Source: Oopsacas minuta
Lineage: Eukaryota; Animalia; Porifera
NCBI GenBank assembly: GCA_024704765.1
Contig: JAKMXF010000244.1
Coordinates: 34,447-47,805 of the forward strand
Length of the DNA: 13,359 bases
Direction: 5' to 3'
A program made the translations under genes and the position numbers. Shown here piece after piece: positions 10,626 through 13,359 of the stretch (position 1 is its first letter; every line of letters begins with the position of its first letter). The notes beneath the pieces were generated by a model. That model was not told where the DNA came from and did not search any database. It saw only the letters and a list, made by a program, of their open reading frames with translations.

Positions 10626-11541
10626 CTCTAAGTGGACAAAAGTATTTCAACACACGAAAATATTGTTATCAATTATATACTCTTTCCCGCTCCTATATAT
10701 TGTGAAGTCTATATTCGTAGCTACTATCTAGTAATTTGTATAGAATAACATATGTTTCTCAAGAATTTCAAAAAAATATTTTCGATCTACACTTTGTGAA
10801 GGTGTTAATTATTAATAATTATTAGATAATTATTGATAATCAAAATATGTGGTAATTCAAAACCTATTAAGAATCTATAATTTCTGACTTGATATTTGAA
10901 TTCTACTTAGGCGAGTTACCCCAGATTAAAAGTTCCAATCGGATTGAACAATTTTCACCAGAGTTATAGATGAATTTCAATTTATGCCATTTTGCCACCT
11001 TTTGCCCAAGGTGGCACAAGTGGCCGCTACCAAGAGGTTATTTTGGAATTCAAGGGTTAGCATAGTCATATCATTCGAAAATATTACTTCGACTTATTCC
11101 TCCTAGCCCTAGTTGCTTTCCTTGTAGTGGCGCTTTTTCCTGCCACTTGTGCCACTTTTTGAAAAAAGTGGCACAAGTAGGACAAATTGAAATTCTTCTA
11201 TAACTTTGGTAAAATTGTTCAATCCGATTGGAAATTTCAATATGGGGTAACTCGCCTACGAAGAATTCAAATATCAAGTCAGAAATTATAGATTCTTAAT
11301 AGGCTTTGAATTACCACATATTTTTGATTATCAATAATTATCTAATAATTATTAATAATTAACACCTTCAAAAAGTGCAAATCTAAAATATTTTTTTGAA
11401 ATTCTTGATAAACATATGTTATTCTATACAAATTACTAGATAGTAGCTACGAATATAGACTACACAATATATAGGAGCGGGAAAGAGTACACAATTGATG
11501 ACAATATATTCGTGTGTTGAAATACTTTTGTCCACTTAGAG
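10626..11541. mobile_element. 916-bp foldback (long-TIR) non-autonomous element with Tc1-like ends
   Basis: The arms 10626-11024 and 11142-11541 (~400 bp each) are inverted copies at roughly 92-95% identity by hand count, with a ~117-bp spacer. Both termini read CTCTAAGTGGACAAAAGTATTTCAACAC, flanked by TA at 10624-10625 and 11542-11543. Confidence 0.92.
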
Positions 11542-11626
11542 TATATATATTTGGATTCGCAACATTATCCTTCACAATTATACTTTTAGCAAAAGCAATT
11601 CTAATCTTTCTGATCATTGCTAAGGA

Positions 11627-12153
11627 ATGGATGTTAGAAAATATTGTAGGGGAAAAGGGCGACGAAGTGTTATAGTGGAGATAAAGAAGTGTGCACTACA
11701 AATGTATTGGAGGATCAAGAGTTAGTTTGGCATTTAGCTGCCAAAGCTTCATTGTTCCAAAATTCCAAAGCTGAGAAAAAGAAGGCTTAAAAGGTTCGCC
11801 TCAGCTATAAGTAAATCTGGGAAGAAAATATCCTTGGGTGTACTACGAAAAAGCTTGACAACGGCACCAACATATCTAGAAATATTACAAATAATGAAAT
11901 AATCTAATGTATACGGCCTCTTTCCTGAGGAATTCAAACTAATTAACATAATATTTACTCTTTGTGTTGGTACTGGCACAGCTGAAAGATCTTTTAGCCA
12001 AATCAAATTAATCAAAAATAGACTACGCAACCATATTTCTGATTCGAGTTCGCCCGATTAATGAGGATTGCAATTGAAGGAGCAAACCTGGTTGATGATT
12101 ATTTCAATGCTATCCTAGATAGCTATATGATAAGGAACCGACGTGTTACAATA
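11627..12153 (+). pseudogene. hAT transposase remnant (ZNF862-like) with the N-terminus fused directly to the C-terminal dimerization domain
   Basis: MDVRKYC... and KVRLSYK*IWEE(K)YPWVYYE (to ~11850) are followed at once by PTYLEILQIMK*SNVYGLFPEEFKLINIIFTLCVGTGTAERSFSQIKLIKNRLRNHISD..ARLMRIAIEG...NRRVTI, which contains the canonical hATC ERSFS motif at 11984. Confidence 0.88.
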
Positions 12154-12181
12154 TATATATATACTGTAGTACCTATCTTTG

Positions 12182-13359
12182 CACAGTGTGGCAATATGGG
12201 GAAATAGGCATATTTTAAAAAACATATTTCAATGCATTTTTCGAATTCTCCATAGTTCAATTAGTACGAAAATATCATTGGCAGCATTAGAAGCAGTTAG
12301 GAATCCTAACTACGCACAACTTTGTTATGTGTTTCTAATAATAGAAATATATATTTTCAAACCTCAAATTCCTATGCCCTAATGTATGTAATCATATTTG
12401 ATGTAAATATTAAATATAAGAGTGAAAAACATCTTCTGATAATAAATCTTTCTTGTAACAACAATTTAATCATTGATAGGTTAGTCTAGATATTCATTTG
12501 TACTTTTTTCCGGGTGTCTAGTTTGGCCCTCCCAAAGTTATAATTTGGAATTTTTTCTCATTGATTGAAGTGTAGCATCTCTTGTTTGACAAAATTTGAC
12601 AAAACGTTATTAATATATAAGTAATGTTACTATATTTAGTCAACTATTTAATCACTTTCCAGGCTTGCCAAAAGCTGCCCAAAAATTTATCACGTCATTC
12701 ATTGTCCGGACCGGACAAAAATCCGAAAAATATATTTTTCATACGTTTTAAATTTTTTCAGTAAAATTCTATATTTTGCTGGTTATTAGTTATTCCAATA
12801 CTCTACAATCATATATCATAATGTTTCTATGTTAAAGTAGCCCTTTTGCGGATCATGTCTGTACTAATCACCAACAATGAGGCATATAGTTTGTATATTT
12901 CGAATGGAAGAAGTGTTACAGTCTCTGTTAGGAAACTTATTGAGAACAACCATTTATCCGAAGAAGAAACTGCTACTCTTCATTTAAAATTTAAATCACT
13001 TCTAACATCCAGAGAGGCTTACCGCAGGAAGGATCTTGAAACATGGGATAATATGATTTTCCACTCTACTCATCTAACAATATCCAATCCAAGAAAGAGA
13101 ATATCGCTTGATCCTGAATTTTCTTTAGTCACTGATTCTGAAAATCGAAACTTTTCAGAACAGATTGTAACTGAATCCCGGAAGCATATTCTCGAATGTC
13201 ACATGAAGACTTCCAGATCGAGACTTGGTGTTCTTTTAGAGCATGTGGACTTTTTAGCAGAGAGAGAAAAGATTGAGCCTAAACAACTACTCGCTCTAGC
13301 TTTAGAATTAGTCTCAAATAAATCCTATGACCGTGATACTTCAGACATGTGCAGAGAAA
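12182..13359 (+). mobile_element. Left part of a probable Transib / RAG1-like transposon, running off the window
   Basis: It begins with the exact RSS heptamer CACAGTG (12182-12188), about 30 bp after the hAT coding remnant ends, and contains an open ORF with a RAG1 NBD-like segment. The right TIR, target duplication and DDE core are outside the window. Confidence 0.68.
12855..13359 (+). CDS. 5' part (168 aa, no stop) of a probable Transib/RAG1-like transposase
   Basis: The first in-frame ATG after TAA (12819-12821) opens MSVLITNNEAYSLY... to ...DTSDMCRE at the window edge. Residues 109-168 (RKHILECHMKTSRSRLGVLLEHVDFLAEREKIEPKQLLALALEL) align to recalled RAG1 [45 protein letters not shown] with about 11 identities in 46 positions and one gap. 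Confidence 0.7.
   Translation, partial: MSVLITNNEAYSLYISNGRSVTVSVRKLIENNHLSEEETATLHLKFKSLLTSREAYRRKDLETWDNMIFHSTHLTISNPRKRISLDPEFSLVTDSENRNFSEQIVTESRKHILECHMKTSRSRLGVLLEHVDFLAEREKIEPKQLLALALELVSNKSYDRDTSDMCRE

Larger units (their letters stand above)
10437..12181 (+). mobile_element. Internally deleted hAT element; the left end is a candidate and the right end is displaced by the insertion at 12182
   Basis: The candidate terminus CAGGGTTTCATAAGGGAATTTTCTTTGGGGGGAA at 10437 resembles hAT ends (CAGGG start, G-run). Transposase remnants lie at 11627-12153. No matching right TIR is in the window, so the left boundary is inferred. Confidence 0.5.

Noticed and set aside
11071-11277. 68-aa ORF with CPTC and HKW as a zinc-finger gene
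   Set aside because: The apparent motif is the translation of the GCCACTTGTGCCAC hairpin inside the foldback arm.
11749-12030. 93-aa minus-strand ORF
   Set aside because: It is antisense to the hAT dimerization-domain remnant.
9319-12163. Short microsatellites: (GT)n at ~9319, (CA)n at ~10604, (TA)n at ~12151
   Set aside because: They are ordinary short tracts of 6-7 units.
12179-12382. 67-aa ORF starting at the heptamer
   Set aside because: It starts at TTG, spans the insertion junction and TIR, and has no recognisable motif.

Overview
This is AT-rich eukaryotic DNA, probably from an invertebrate or early-branching animal; the taxon cannot be fixed from the sequence. Two phase-matched minus-strand exons (7024-6811 and 793-371) encode part of the C-terminal E3 module of UBR4/p600/BIG and are separated by a 6017-bp intron. 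Most of the remainder is nested DNA transposons. (1) A decayed pogo/Tigger element (4334-6487) is interrupted by a 247-bp Tc1-like MITE. (2) A decayed ZMYM1-type hAT transposase lies on the minus strand (~7900-9930). (3) An internally deleted plus-strand hAT element (from ~10437) is split by a 916-bp foldback element with ~400-bp arms. (4) The most interesting feature is the left end of a probable Transib/RAG1-like transposon, which starts with a perfect RSS heptamer CACAGTG at 12182. It carries an uninterrupted ORF (12855 to the window end, absent from the ORF track) whose last 60 residues resemble the RAG1 nonamer-binding domain. Protein matches are to reference sequences recalled from memory, not database searches, and identities are hand counts.
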